Shown piece by piece: positions 1-9,041 of a stretch of DNA of 63,464 nucleotides (position 1 is its first letter; each line of letters opens with the position of its first letter). Made by a program: the position numbers and the translations under genes. Source of the stretch: an uncultured Gemmatimonadaceae bacterium (GTDB taxonomy: Bacteria; Gemmatimonadota; Gemmatimonadetes; Longimicrobiales; RSA9). The notes below the pieces were generated by a model. The model saw only the letters and a program-made list of their open reading frames with translations, had not been told where the DNA came from and made no database searches. The stretch covers positions 7,064-70,527 of the forward strand of contig CAYQCY010000001.1 in assembly GCA_964416095.1 (NCBI GenBank), in the 5' to 3' direction.

Positions 1-94
1 GGCGAGGGGGTGGTACGAGGGTTGGTGGTCCGGCCCTTGCACGGTGGCCGCGCCAGGAGTACGAAGACGAGTCACGAAGACGAAAGACGCTGCC

Positions 95-895
95 GTGCCC
101 ATCCTCTCCTACGATCCCGTGACGCCGGACTCCGAGCCGGAGCGCTGGCTCCTGGTGCTCCACGGCATCTACGGCTCCGGCCGGAATTGGGCGGGCGTGG
201 CCCGGAAGCTCGTCCGTGCCCGGGGAGACTGGGGCGTGCTCCTCGTGGATCTCCGTCAGCACGGCGATTCCCGGGGGTTCGAGGGGCCGCACACCATCGA
301 GGCGGCGGCGGGCGACCTGGGGCCCATGGTGGAGGAGGCGGGCGTGAGCGTCGCCGCCGTGCTCGGCCACTCGTTCGGCGGGAAGGTGGCGCTGGAGTAC
401 GCCGGGGAAGCCCCGGCCGGGCTGGAGCAGGTGTGGGTCATCGACTCCACGCCGGGGACGCGGGAGCCGCAGGGCGGGCCCTGGGAGCTGCTGGGCGTGC
501 TGCGTGCCCTGCCGGACGCGTTCGAGAGCCGGGCCGACGCCATCGACGGACTCGAGGACCGGGGCGTGGCCGGCCCCGTGGCACGGTGGATGGCCACGAA
601 CCTGGAGGAGCGCGACGGCGCGTACCGCTGGCGTATCGCCCCGGACGACATGGAGGCGCTGCTCCGTGACTTCTTCCGGCGGGACCTGTGGTGGGTGGTG
701 GAGGAGCCGCCGCCCGGTGTGGCGATCCATGTGGTCCGTGCCACGCGCTCGGCGGTCGTGAGCGACGAAGCCGCGGCCCGGATCGAGGCCGCGGATCGAG
801 CGCGGCTCCATTCCGTCGAGGGCGACCACTGGCTGAACGCGGATGCGCTGGACGTCCTGGCCCGGCTGCTGGCGGACGCGTTGCCCGGGAGTTGA
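95..895 (+). CDS. Alpha/beta fold hydrolase (YbfF/ABHD11-like esterase)
   Basis: HGIYGSG oxyanion motif, GHSFGG nucleophile elbow, C-terminal GDHW His; GTG start at 95 chosen within ORF 44..895. Confidence 0.85.
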   Translation: MPILSYDPVTPDSEPERWLLVLHGIYGSGRNWAGVARKLVRARGDWGVLLVDLRQHGDSRGFEGPHTIEAAAGDLGPMVEEAGVSVAAVLGHSFGGKVALEYAGEAPAGLEQVWVIDSTPGTREPQGGPWELLGVLRALPDAFESRADAIDGLEDRGVAGPVARWMATNLEERDGAYRWRIAPDDMEALLRDFFRRDLWWVVEEPPPGVAIHVVRATRSAVVSDEAAARIEAADRARLHSVEGDHWLNADALDVLARLLADALPGS

Positions 896-920
896 CAGCG
901 CTTTCCACGCCGCCCAAGCT
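892..920 (+). promoter_or_regulatory. Candidate sigma70 promoter for the glmM operon
   Basis: Perfect TTGACA at 892-897; weak -10 CAAGCT 17 bp downstream. Confidence 0.35.
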
Positions 921-977
921 ACCTGGGCTGCAGCCGCATCCTCCCTGGAGCGGCTGTTTTCCTTCACGATGGGATCC

Positions 978-2351
978 ATGGTCGAGATACCTCCCGGTCT
1001 GATGGTGAGCGTGTCAGGCGTACGGGGGCGAGTCGGAGAGGCGCTGACGCCCGAGGTCGTGACGCGCTTCACCGCCGCCTTCGGCGCCTACCTGCGCGAA
1101 CGGGCCGGCGGGTCGCCCACCGTGGTCGTGGCCCGGGACTCCCGGACATCGGGCCCGCTGTTCGCCCGGATCGTGACGGGCACCCTCCAGGCGCTGGGCG
1201 CGGACGTCGTGGATGCGGGGCTGGTGCCGACCCCCACGGCGCTGCTGGCCGTGAAGGCGTCGGCGGCGGACGGCGCCGTCGTCGTCACCGCCAGTCACAA
1301 CCCGGTGGAATGGAACGCCCTCAAGTTCGCCTCGGGGTCCGGCATGTTCCTGGATCGGGCGGAGTGCGAAGGCATGCGTGCCTTCCTCGAGTCCGGCGCA
1401 GTGCGGTGGGCCGGCTGGGACGGGCTCGGCACGGTGCGGCCGGATGACGCCGCCGTGGACCGCCACCTGGCGGCGGTTACCGGGCTGCCGTTCCTGGACG
1501 TGGAGGCGCTCCGGGCTCGACGGCTGACGGTGGCGCTGGACCCCGTGCGCGGCGCCGGCGCCGTGCTGCTGCCGCGCCTGCTGGAGGCGTTGGGGTGCGA
1601 GGTGGTCGGAATGAACCTGGAGCCCGACGGCCGGTTCCCCCGCCCGCCGGAGCCGGTGCCGGAGAACCTGGGCGAGCTGGAGGAGCTGGTCCGGACGACC
1701 GGCGCGGACATCGGGCTGGCGACGGACCCGGACGCCGACCGGCTGGCCCTGGTGGACGGCGAGGGCCGGGCCGTCGGCGAGGACTTCACCCTGGCGCTGG
1801 CCGTGCAGCTCGTGCGCAGGCACCGGGACGGACCGGTCGTGACCAACCTCTCGACGAGCCAGATCGTGGCGGAAGCGGCCGGCGGAGCGTTCCACCGGGC
1901 GCCGGTGGGCGAGATCAACGTGGCTCGTCGGATGCAGGCGGAAGGAGCCGTGGTGGGCGGCGAAGGGAACGGCGGCGTGATCCTGCCGGACGTGCACCTG
2001 ACCCGGGACGCCGCGGTGGCCTCCGCGCTGGTCCTGCAGCTCCTCGTCGAGACCGGGGCATCCCTGGCGGAGCTGGTGAGCGCGTACCCCGCGTCGCGCA
2101 TCGTCAAGGACAGGTTGCCGTGCCCTGCCGGCTCCCTCGAGCCGGTGTACGAGCGCCTGGCGGAGGCGCTCGACGGAGACGTGGTCGACCGCCAGGACGG
2201 CCTGTGGCTCGGCTGGCCCGATGCGGGTCGCTGGGTGCACGTTCGACCGTCCGGGACGGAGCCCGTCGTGCGGATCATCGCCGAGGCCCGGGATGAGCCA
2301 GGCGCCCGGGCTCTCGTGGAGCGGGTACGCGCCACACTCGACGCGAGCTGA
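978..2351 (+). CDS. glmM: Phosphoglucosamine mutase / phosphohexomutase
   Basis: SVSGVRG N-terminus, TASHNP phosphoserine loop, DPDADR metal loop, GGEGNGG, RPSGTEP; adjacent to glmS. Confidence 0.85.
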   Translation: MVEIPPGLMVSVSGVRGRVGEALTPEVVTRFTAAFGAYLRERAGGSPTVVVARDSRTSGPLFARIVTGTLQALGADVVDAGLVPTPTALLAVKASAADGAVVVTASHNPVEWNALKFASGSGMFLDRAECEGMRAFLESGAVRWAGWDGLGTVRPDDAAVDRHLAAVTGLPFLDVEALRARRLTVALDPVRGAGAVLLPRLLEALGCEVVGMNLEPDGRFPRPPEPVPENLGELEELVRTTGADIGLATDPDADRLALVDGEGRAVGEDFTLALAVQLVRRHRDGPVVTNLSTSQIVAEAAGGAFHRAPVGEINVARRMQAEGAVVGGEGNGGVILPDVHLTRDAAVASALVLQLLVETGASLAELVSAYPASRIVKDRLPCPAGSLEPVYERLAEALDGDVVDRQDGLWLGWPDAGRWVHVRPSGTEPVVRIIAEARDEPGARALVERVRATLDAS

Positions 2352-2415
2352 TCCGGGCCCCATCCTAGGAACGCGGGCGATGCCCGCAACGGAGCACCAT
2401 CGGGAGTCAGACACC

Positions 2416-4242
2416 ATGTGCGGGATCGTAGGCTACGTGGGCCACCGAAGCGCCGTGCCGCTCCTCGTGGAGGGACTGCGCCGCCTGGAGTACCGGGGCT
2501 ACGACTCGGCAGGCGTCACGATCCAGGAGAACGGCGCCCTGGCCACGCGTCGCGCCGTGGGCAAGATCCGGAACCTCGAGGCCCGGGTCGCGGCGGACCG
2601 CCTGGAGGGCACGGCGGGCATCGCCCACACCCGCTGGGCGACGCACGGCGCGCCCACCGAGCCGAACGCACACCCCCACCAGGACTGCACGGGCACCATC
2701 GCCCTGGCCCACAACGGCATCATCGAGAACGCGGGCGTGCTGCGCAGGAAGCTGGAGGGGCTGGGCCACGAGTTCCGGAGCGAGACGGACACGGAGGTCC
2801 TCGCGCACCTGGTGGAGGAGGCGTACGAGGACTCCCTCGAAGCGGCGGTCCGAGCCGCGCTCCGGCAGGTGGAGGGGGCGTACGGCCTGGTCGTGGTCAG
2901 CAGCCGGGAGCCGGACACGATCATCGCCGCCCGTCACGGCAGCCCGCTGCTGCTGGGCCTCGGAGACGACGAGCACTTCGTGGCCAGCGACGTGGCGGCC
3001 GTGCTGGCCCACACCCGCAACGTCATCTACCTGGAGGACGGGGAGATGGCCGTGGTGAGCCCGGCGGGCTACCGGACCTACGAGCTGCGCGGCGGCCCCG
3101 TCACGAAGGAGGTGGAGCAGGTCTCCTGGGACCTCGAGGCCATCGAGAAGGGCGGCCACGCCCATTTCATGCTGAAGGAGATCTTCGAGCAGCCCTGCAC
3201 GCTGCGCGACACCATGCGCGGCCGGCTGTTGGAGGAGGAAGGCACGGCCAAGCTGGGCGGCCTCGAGCACCTGTCGGATCGCCTCGACCGGGTCAGCAAC
3301 ATCATCATCACGGCCTGTGGCACCTCGTGGCACGCCGCGCTGCTGGGCGAGTACATGCTGGAGGAGTTCGCCCACATCCCGGTGGAGGTGGAGTACGCCT
3401 CCGAGTTCCGCTACCGGAGCCCGGTCATTCCGCGGGACACGGTGGTCATCGCCATTAGCCAGTCCGGGGAGACGGCGGACACGTTGGCGGCGATCCGGGA
3501 AGCGAAGAAGCGGGGGGCCACGGCCATGGGCATGGTGAACGTGGTAGGCTCCAGCATCGCCCGGGAGACGGACGGCGGTGTCTACATCCATGCCGGTCCC
3601 GAGATCGGCGTGGCCTCGACCAAGGCGTTCACGAGCCAGGTCGTGACACTGGCCCTGTTCACCACGCTCATGGCGCGGCGCCGGACCATGTCGGTGCTCC
3701 AGGGCCGGGAGATCGTGGCGGCGCTCCAGCGGCTGCCGGACCAGGTGGAGCGGCTGCTGGCCCTGGACGACACGATCCGGGAGCTGGCCGAGACGTACGT
3801 CGATGCGACGAACGTCCTGTACCTGGGCAGGGGCTACAACTTCCCGACGGCGCTGGAGGGTGCCCTCAAGCTCAAGGAGATCAGCTACATCCATGCCGAG
3901 GGGCTGCCGGCGGCCGAGATGAAGCACGGCCCCATCGCCCTCATCACGGACGCCATGCCGGTGGTGGTGGTGGCGCCGGACGACGCCGTCTACAGCAAGG
4001 TCGTCTCGAACATCGAGGAGGTGAAGGCCCGGGGCGGGAAGGTGATCGCCGTGGTCACGGAAGGGAACGGCGGCCTGGACGGGAAGGCGGACCATCTCAT
4101 CGAGATCCCCCGCACGCTGGACATGCTGACGCCGATCCTGGCGACGATCCCGCTCCAGCTCCTGGCCTACCACATCGCGGTCCTGCGAGGCTGCAACGTG
4201 GACCAGCCGCGCAACCTGGCGAAATCCGTCACCGTGGAGTAG
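2416..4242 (+). CDS. glmS: Glutamine--fructose-6-phosphate transaminase (isomerizing)
   Basis: MCGIVG start (Ntn Cys), HTRWATHG, HNGIIEN, SQSGETAD, C-terminal PRNLAKSVTVE. Confidence 0.98.
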   Translation: MCGIVGYVGHRSAVPLLVEGLRRLEYRGYDSAGVTIQENGALATRRAVGKIRNLEARVAADRLEGTAGIAHTRWATHGAPTEPNAHPHQDCTGTIALAHNGIIENAGVLRRKLEGLGHEFRSETDTEVLAHLVEEAYEDSLEAAVRAALRQVEGAYGLVVVSSREPDTIIAARHGSPLLLGLGDDEHFVASDVAAVLAHTRNVIYLEDGEMAVVSPAGYRTYELRGGPVTKEVEQVSWDLEAIEKGGHAHFMLKEIFEQPCTLRDTMRGRLLEEEGTAKLGGLEHLSDRLDRVSNIIITACGTSWHAALLGEYMLEEFAHIPVEVEYASEFRYRSPVIPRDTVVIAISQSGETADTLAAIREAKKRGATAMGMVNVVGSSIARETDGGVYIHAGPEIGVASTKAFTSQVVTLALFTTLMARRRTMSVLQGREIVAALQRLPDQVERLLALDDTIRELAETYVDATNVLYLGRGYNFPTALEGALKLKEISYIHAEGLPAAEMKHGPIALITDAMPVVVVAPDDAVYSKVVSNIEEVKARGGKVIAVVTEGNGGLDGKADHLIEIPRTLDMLTPILATIPLQLLAYHIAVLRGCNVDQPRNLAKSVTVE

Positions 4243-4245
4243 CGA

Positions 4246-4267
4246 GGCCCCGGCCGTAGCCGGGGCT
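4246..4267 (+). terminator. GC-rich hairpin after glmS (no U-tract; weak terminator or stabilising stem)
   Basis: GGCCCCGGC-CGTA-GCCGGGGCT. Confidence 0.35.
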
Positions 4268-4282
4268 GGAGGGAGGGTCGTC

Positions 4283-4723
4283 GTGCGAGTCGTCGTGCAG
4301 CGGGTGAGTCGGGCCGAGGTCCGGGTCGAAGGTGACGTGTCCGGCCGGATCGGCCGGGGGTTCCTTCTCCTCGTGGGCTTCGCCGAGGACGACGACGAAA
4401 GCGCCCTCGCCTGGATGGCCGACAAGCTCGCCGGGCTCCGCGTGTTCCCGGACGAGGAGGGACGCATGAACCGGAGCGCCGACGACGTGGCGGCGGCGTT
4501 CCTCGTCGTGAGCCAGTTCACGCTCTACGGCGACGTGAGCCGCGGGCGGCGTCCCAGCTTCGCAGGTGCGGCGGCGCCGGACACGGCGGTGCCCCTGTAC
4601 GAGCGATTCATCGCGTTGCTCGAAGAACGGGCGCCCGGGCGCGTCGCCTCCGGCGAGTTCGGTGCGCTCATGGAGGTGGAGCTCGTCAACGACGGCCCCG
4701 TGACCCTGATCGTGGAACGATGA
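4283..4723 (+). CDS. dtd: D-aminoacyl-tRNA deacylase
   Basis: MRVVVQRV start, VSQFTL motif, RRPSF, NDGPVT. Confidence 0.96.
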   Translation: MRVVVQRVSRAEVRVEGDVSGRIGRGFLLLVGFAEDDDESALAWMADKLAGLRVFPDEEGRMNRSADDVAAAFLVVSQFTLYGDVSRGRRPSFAGAAAPDTAVPLYERFIALLEERAPGRVASGEFGALMEVELVNDGPVTLIVER

Positions 4724-5367
4724 ACCGAACGTCCGACGGACCGGCCGTGGTGCACACCGAATCGGCCCCGCCGCTGGTGCTGGGCTCGGCGTCGCCGCGG
4801 CGGAAGATGCTGCTGGAGATGCTGGGCCTGCCGTTCGACGTGGTGCCGTCGGGGCTCGAGGAGGCGCTGGCGCCCGGTGAGGAGCCGGCGACGCACGCGG
4901 AGCGCCTGGCCCGGGAGAAAGCCGCGGCGGTGGCGGTGCAGCGGCCGGAGGCGCTGGTCATCGGCGGGGACACGCTGGTCGTCATCGACCACACGCCGCT
5001 GGGCAAGCCCCGGGGCGAGCGGGCGGCGGTGGAGATGCTCATGCGGCTCCAGGGCGACACCCACAGGGTGGAGACGGGGGTGGCGGTGGTCACGCCGGGC
5101 GGGCGCGTGGAGAGCTCGGTGGTGAGCGTGCACGTCCGCTTCCGGCCCTTCGACCGGCACACGGCGGAGCAGTACGTGGCGACGGGCGAGCCCATGGACA
5201 AGGCCGGCTCGTACGGGATCCAGGGCTACGGGGCCACCCTCGTCGAGTGGATCGAGGGCGACTACTTCGCCGTCATGGGCCTGCCCCTCGCCCGCCTCGT
5301 CTCCCTCCTCCGGGCCGTGGGCTGGCACTACGCCTTCGGCGGCCTGGAGGCGCTTCCCCGTGCTTGA
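4720..5367 (+). CDS. maf: Maf family nucleoside triphosphate pyrophosphatase
   Basis: LGSASPRR, GGDT, LGKP, GEPMDKAGSYGIQG, VMGLP. Confidence 0.93.
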   Translation: MNRTSDGPAVVHTESAPPLVLGSASPRRKMLLEMLGLPFDVVPSGLEEALAPGEEPATHAERLAREKAAAVAVQRPEALVIGGDTLVVIDHTPLGKPRGERAAVEMLMRLQGDTHRVETGVAVVTPGGRVESSVVSVHVRFRPFDRHTAEQYVATGEPMDKAGSYGIQGYGATLVEWIEGDYFAVMGLPLARLVSLLRAVGWHYAFGGLEALPRA

Positions 5368-6436
5368 CCATCCACAGGCCGTCCGCTGGACCGAGGACGG
5401 TGCGGTGGACCTCCTGGACCAGACCGCCCTGCCCGAGCGGGAGGTGCGGCTTCGCCTGGACACGGCGGACGGGGTGGCCGAAGCGATCCGCTCCCTCAGG
5501 GTCAGGGGCGCACCGGCCATCGGCATCGCGGCCGCCATGGGCCTGGTGGCGGCCCTGCGCAGGATGGGGCCGACCGACACGGGGACGGCGTTGCGTGGGG
5601 CGGAGGCCATGGCCGCCCGGCTCCGTGGGACGCGGCCCACGGCGGTGAACCTGGTCCGGGCGCTGGACCGGATGCTCGACCGGGCGCGAGCGGAGGTCGC
5701 CGCGGGCGGGGACGGCGTCGAGGCGCTGATCGCGGCCCTCCACGCCGAGGCCACGGCGATCCACGAGGAGGACCGGGCCATGTGCCGCCGGATCGGCGAG
5801 CACGGGCAGACCCTCCTGCCCGAGGGCGCGGTGCGCATCCTGACCCACTGCAACGCGGGCGCCCTGGCCACGGGCGGCATGGGCACGGCCCTCGCCCCGG
5901 TCTACGTCGCGGCGCAGGCGGGCCGGGACGTGAAGGTCTACGCCGACGAGACCCGACCGCTGCTCCAGGGTAGCCGGTTGACGGCGTGGGAGCTGGCCCG
6001 GGCCGGGATCGACGTGACGGTGGTCGTGGACTCGGTGGCGGCGTCGCTCATGGCGTCGGGTAGCGTGGACCTGGTCCTCGTTGGCGCCGACCGCGTGGCC
6101 GCCAACGGCGATGTGGCCAACAAGATCGGCACGTACGGGCTGGCCGTGCTGGCGCGTCACCACGGCATCCCGTTCTACGTGGCCATCCCGGTCACCACGC
6201 TGGACCCGGAGGCCCCGGACGGCGGCGCCATACCCATCGAGGAGCGGGACGCGGACGAGGTGCGCCGCGGCTTCGGCGCCCTGACGGCGCCGGTTGCCGT
6301 GCCCGTGCGTGCCCCGGCCTTCGACGTGACGCCGGCGTCTCTGGTGACGGCCCTCCTGACGGATCGGGGCGTGCTGCGTCCGCCTTTCGGTCCGGCGATA
6401 CGCGACGCGCTCGATGAAAGGAAGGAGCCTGCCTGA
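5360..6436 (+). CDS. mtnA: S-methyl-5-thioribose-1-phosphate isomerase
   Basis: LDQT, VRGAPAIG, TRPTAVNL, ILTHCNAGALAT, ETRPLLQGSRLT, NKIGTY. Confidence 0.95.
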   Translation: MLDHPQAVRWTEDGAVDLLDQTALPEREVRLRLDTADGVAEAIRSLRVRGAPAIGIAAAMGLVAALRRMGPTDTGTALRGAEAMAARLRGTRPTAVNLVRALDRMLDRARAEVAAGGDGVEALIAALHAEATAIHEEDRAMCRRIGEHGQTLLPEGAVRILTHCNAGALATGGMGTALAPVYVAAQAGRDVKVYADETRPLLQGSRLTAWELARAGIDVTVVVDSVAASLMASGSVDLVLVGADRVAANGDVANKIGTYGLAVLARHHGIPFYVAIPVTTLDPEAPDGGAIPIEERDADEVRRGFGALTAPVAVPVRAPAFDVTPASLVTALLTDRGVLRPPFGPAIRDALDERKEPA

Positions 6437-6437
6437 C

Positions 6438-7928
6438 ATGGTCATCCTCGCCATCGACCAGGGCACGACGGGGACCACGGGCATGGTCCTGGACGCGTCC
6501 GGCTCGGTCCGCGGCCGGGCCTACTCCGAGTTCGCCCAACACTTTCCGGAGCCCGGCTGGGTGGAGCACGATGCCCTGGAGATCTGGGAGGTGACGCTGG
6601 CGGTGGCGCGCCAGGCCCTCGAGCTGGCCGGCGCGGGGCCGGACGAGCTGGCGGGCATCGGCATCACGAACCAGCGCGAGACCGTCGTGCTCTGGGACCG
6701 GGAGACGGGAGCGCCGGTGCACCGGGCCATCGTCTGGCAGGACCGACGCACCGCAGAACGTTGCCTCGAGCTGCGGGAAGCCGGCCACGGCGACCTGATC
6801 CGGCGCCGGACCGGCCTGGTCATCGACCCGTACTTCTCCGGGACCAAGCTGGAGTGGCTGCTGGAGCACGTGCCCGGCGCCCGGGACCGTGCCGGGGCCG
6901 GAAAGCTGGCGGCCGGCACCATCGACAGCTGGCTCATCTGGAAGCTCACAGGCGGGGCCGTGCACGCCACGGATCCCACGAACGCGTCCCGGACCCTCCT
7001 CTACGACATCGACGCCCTGGACTGGTCCGACGAGCTGCTGGCCCTCTTCGGCGTGCCCCGGGCGATCCTGCCGGAGGTCCGGCCGTCCAGCGGCTCGTTC
7101 GGCGAGGCGGTGCTCGAGCTGTTCGGCGCGCCGGTCCCCGTGGCGGGCGTCGCCGGCGACCAGCAGGCCGCCCTCTTCGGCCAGCGCTGCTGGACGCCCG
7201 GACTCGCCAAGAACACCTACGGGACCGGCTCCTTCCTCCTGCTCCACACCGGTCACGAGCGGGTGGAGTCGGAGCGGGGCCTCATCACGACGGTGGCCTG
7301 CGACGCCGCCGGCCAGCCGGCCTATGCGCTGGAAGGGTCCGTATTCATCTCCGGAGCGGCGATCCAGTGGCTCCGGGACGGTCTCGGCCTCATCGCGACG
7401 GCGTCCGAGACGGCGGAGCTCGCCGCCTCCCTGGACGGGAACGACGGCGTCTACTTCGTGCCGGCCTTCGTGGGGCTCGGCGCGCCGCACTGGGAGGCCG
7501 AGGCCCGGGGCACCATCGTGGGCCTCACCCGTGGCTCCACCGGGGCCCAGCTGGCGCGGGCGGCGCTGGAAGCCATGGCCTACAGCACCCTGGACGTCCT
7601 CGAGGCCATGGTCGACGACGCCGACGTCGTCGCCACGGAGCTCGCCGTGGACGGCGGCGCCGCCGCCAACGACTGGCTCATGCAGTTCCAGGCGGACATC
7701 CTCGAGCTGCCGGTGAAGCGGCCCCGCATGCTGGAGACCACCGCCCTGGGCGCCACCGGACTCGCCGGCCTCGCCACCGGCGTCTGGCCCGACGCGGAGG
7801 CCTTCGGTGCGTCCCGGCCCGAGCCGGACCGATTCCAGCCACGCATGAGCGAGCGGGAGCGGGACCACCTCCTCGCCGGTTGGGGTCGGGCCGTACGAGC
7901 GGCCACCGCCTGGGCCAGGGACCGATGA
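6438..7928 (+). CDS. glpK: Glycerol kinase
   Basis: AIDQGTTG, GITNQRET, WQDRRT, DPYFSGTK, GDQQAALFG, KNTYGTG, DGGAAAN. Confidence 0.95.
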   Translation: MVILAIDQGTTGTTGMVLDASGSVRGRAYSEFAQHFPEPGWVEHDALEIWEVTLAVARQALELAGAGPDELAGIGITNQRETVVLWDRETGAPVHRAIVWQDRRTAERCLELREAGHGDLIRRRTGLVIDPYFSGTKLEWLLEHVPGARDRAGAGKLAAGTIDSWLIWKLTGGAVHATDPTNASRTLLYDIDALDWSDELLALFGVPRAILPEVRPSSGSFGEAVLELFGAPVPVAGVAGDQQAALFGQRCWTPGLAKNTYGTGSFLLLHTGHERVESERGLITTVACDAAGQPAYALEGSVFISGAAIQWLRDGLGLIATASETAELAASLDGNDGVYFVPAFVGLGAPHWEAEARGTIVGLTRGSTGAQLARAALEAMAYSTLDVLEAMVDDADVVATELAVDGGAAANDWLMQFQADILELPVKRPRMLETTALGATGLAGLATGVWPDAEAFGASRPEPDRFQPRMSERERDHLLAGWGRAVRAATAWARDR

Positions 7929-8401
7929 CCGGACGACCGATCCGCATCGCCGTTTGCGGCGCCGGCACCCTGTCCGGCAGCGAGCTGGGCCGGGCCGCCG
8001 AAGAGGTCGGCCGTCGCCTGGCCGAGGCCGGCGCCGTGCTCGTCTGCGGCGGGCTGTCCGGCGTGATGGAGAGGGCGGCGAGGGGCGCCGCCGAGGCGGG
8101 CGGCCTGACCATCGGCATCCTGCCGGGCACGGACGCCGGCGACGCGAACCCCCACATCGTCCTGCCGCTGCCCACGGGCATGGGCGAAGGGCGGAACGCG
8201 CTCGTGGTACGCGCAGCCGACGCCGTCCTGGCCCTGGGCGGGTCCTGGGGCACCCTTTCCGAGGTCGCGCTGGCCCGGAAGATGGGCATCCCGGTCGTCC
8301 TGTTCCGGCCCGGCCTCACGGCATCGCTGGGCCTGGAAGAGGCCACCTCCGTCGAGGCCGCCGTGAACCGGGTGCTCGCCCTCGCCCGGGCGCGACGATG
8401 A
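7925..8401 (+). CDS. TIGR00725/LOG family protein
   Basis: CGGLSGVM, TGMGEGRN, GGSWGTLSEV motifs; ATG at 7925 within ORF 6761..8401. Confidence 0.85.
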   Translation: MTGRPIRIAVCGAGTLSGSELGRAAEEVGRRLAEAGAVLVCGGLSGVMERAARGAAEAGGLTIGILPGTDAGDANPHIVLPLPTGMGEGRNALVVRAADAVLALGGSWGTLSEVALARKMGIPVVLFRPGLTASLGLEEATSVEAAVNRVLALARARR

Positions 8402-8790
8402 TCCTCTTCCTGGCCTTCTGGCTCTGCGCCCCGCCGGTGTGTGCGGGAAACGCGGAGCTGCGGGCGGTGATGGGTCCGGCGCCGGCCGTGGCCTTGGAGC
8501 ACACGGCCCTCGATCCGGCGGCCCGACCGGCGGATGCGTGGCTCGGCGAGGACAAGGCCCGCCACTTCCTCATGTCCTTCGCCGTCACGACGCTGGGGTA
8601 CGGCGTGGGCCGGACCGTCGGCTTGGACGCCGAGCAGGCCCGCCTGGCGGGTGCCGCAGGGAGCGCGGTGGCGGGGCTGGGGAAGGAGGTCTACGATGAC
8701 AGGGCCGGCACCTTCTTCAGCGTGCGGGACCTCGTCTGGGACGCCCTGGGGATCGCGTTGGGCATGGCCCTCGTACACAACATCCGGTAG
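8398..8790 (+). CDS. YfiM/DUF2279-like membrane protein
   Basis: WLGEDKARHF, GLGKEVYD, FSVRDLVWD motifs; ATG at 8398. Confidence 0.7.
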   Translation: MILFLAFWLCAPPVCAGNAELRAVMGPAPAVALEHTALDPAARPADAWLGEDKARHFLMSFAVTTLGYGVGRTVGLDAEQARLAGAAGSAVAGLGKEVYDDRAGTFFSVRDLVWDALGIALGMALVHNIR

Positions 8791-8795
8791 CGGAC

Positions 8796-9041
8796 ATGGA
8801 AATCCTGGTGGTGACACTGCTGGCCGTCGTCGTCGTGGCCCTGGTGGCCTACCCGCTGGTGGCCCGGGGGCGGGGCATGGACCAGGCGACGCTGGATGCC
8901 GAGGTCGAGCGGTACCGTGATGCCCTGCGCGGCGGCACCCTGTGCGAGGCCTGCCTGGCGGCGAACCCGCCGGGCAGCCGTTTTTGCGCCGAATGCGGGG
9001 AACCATTGGAAGGGCAGCGGAATGCGGAGGTGTCGTCGTGA
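8796..9041 (+). CDS. Small membrane-anchored zinc-ribbon protein
   Basis: N-terminal hydrophobic helix followed by CEAC...RFCAECG. Confidence 0.7.
   Translation: MEILVVTLLAVVVVALVAYPLVARGRGMDQATLDAEVERYRDALRGGTLCEACLAANPPGSRFCAECGEPLEGQRNAEVSS

Noticed and set aside
2352-2415. glmS ribozyme upstream of glmS
   Set aside because: The gap is only about 64 bp and shows no recognisable ribozyme core; glmS appears co-transcribed with glmM.
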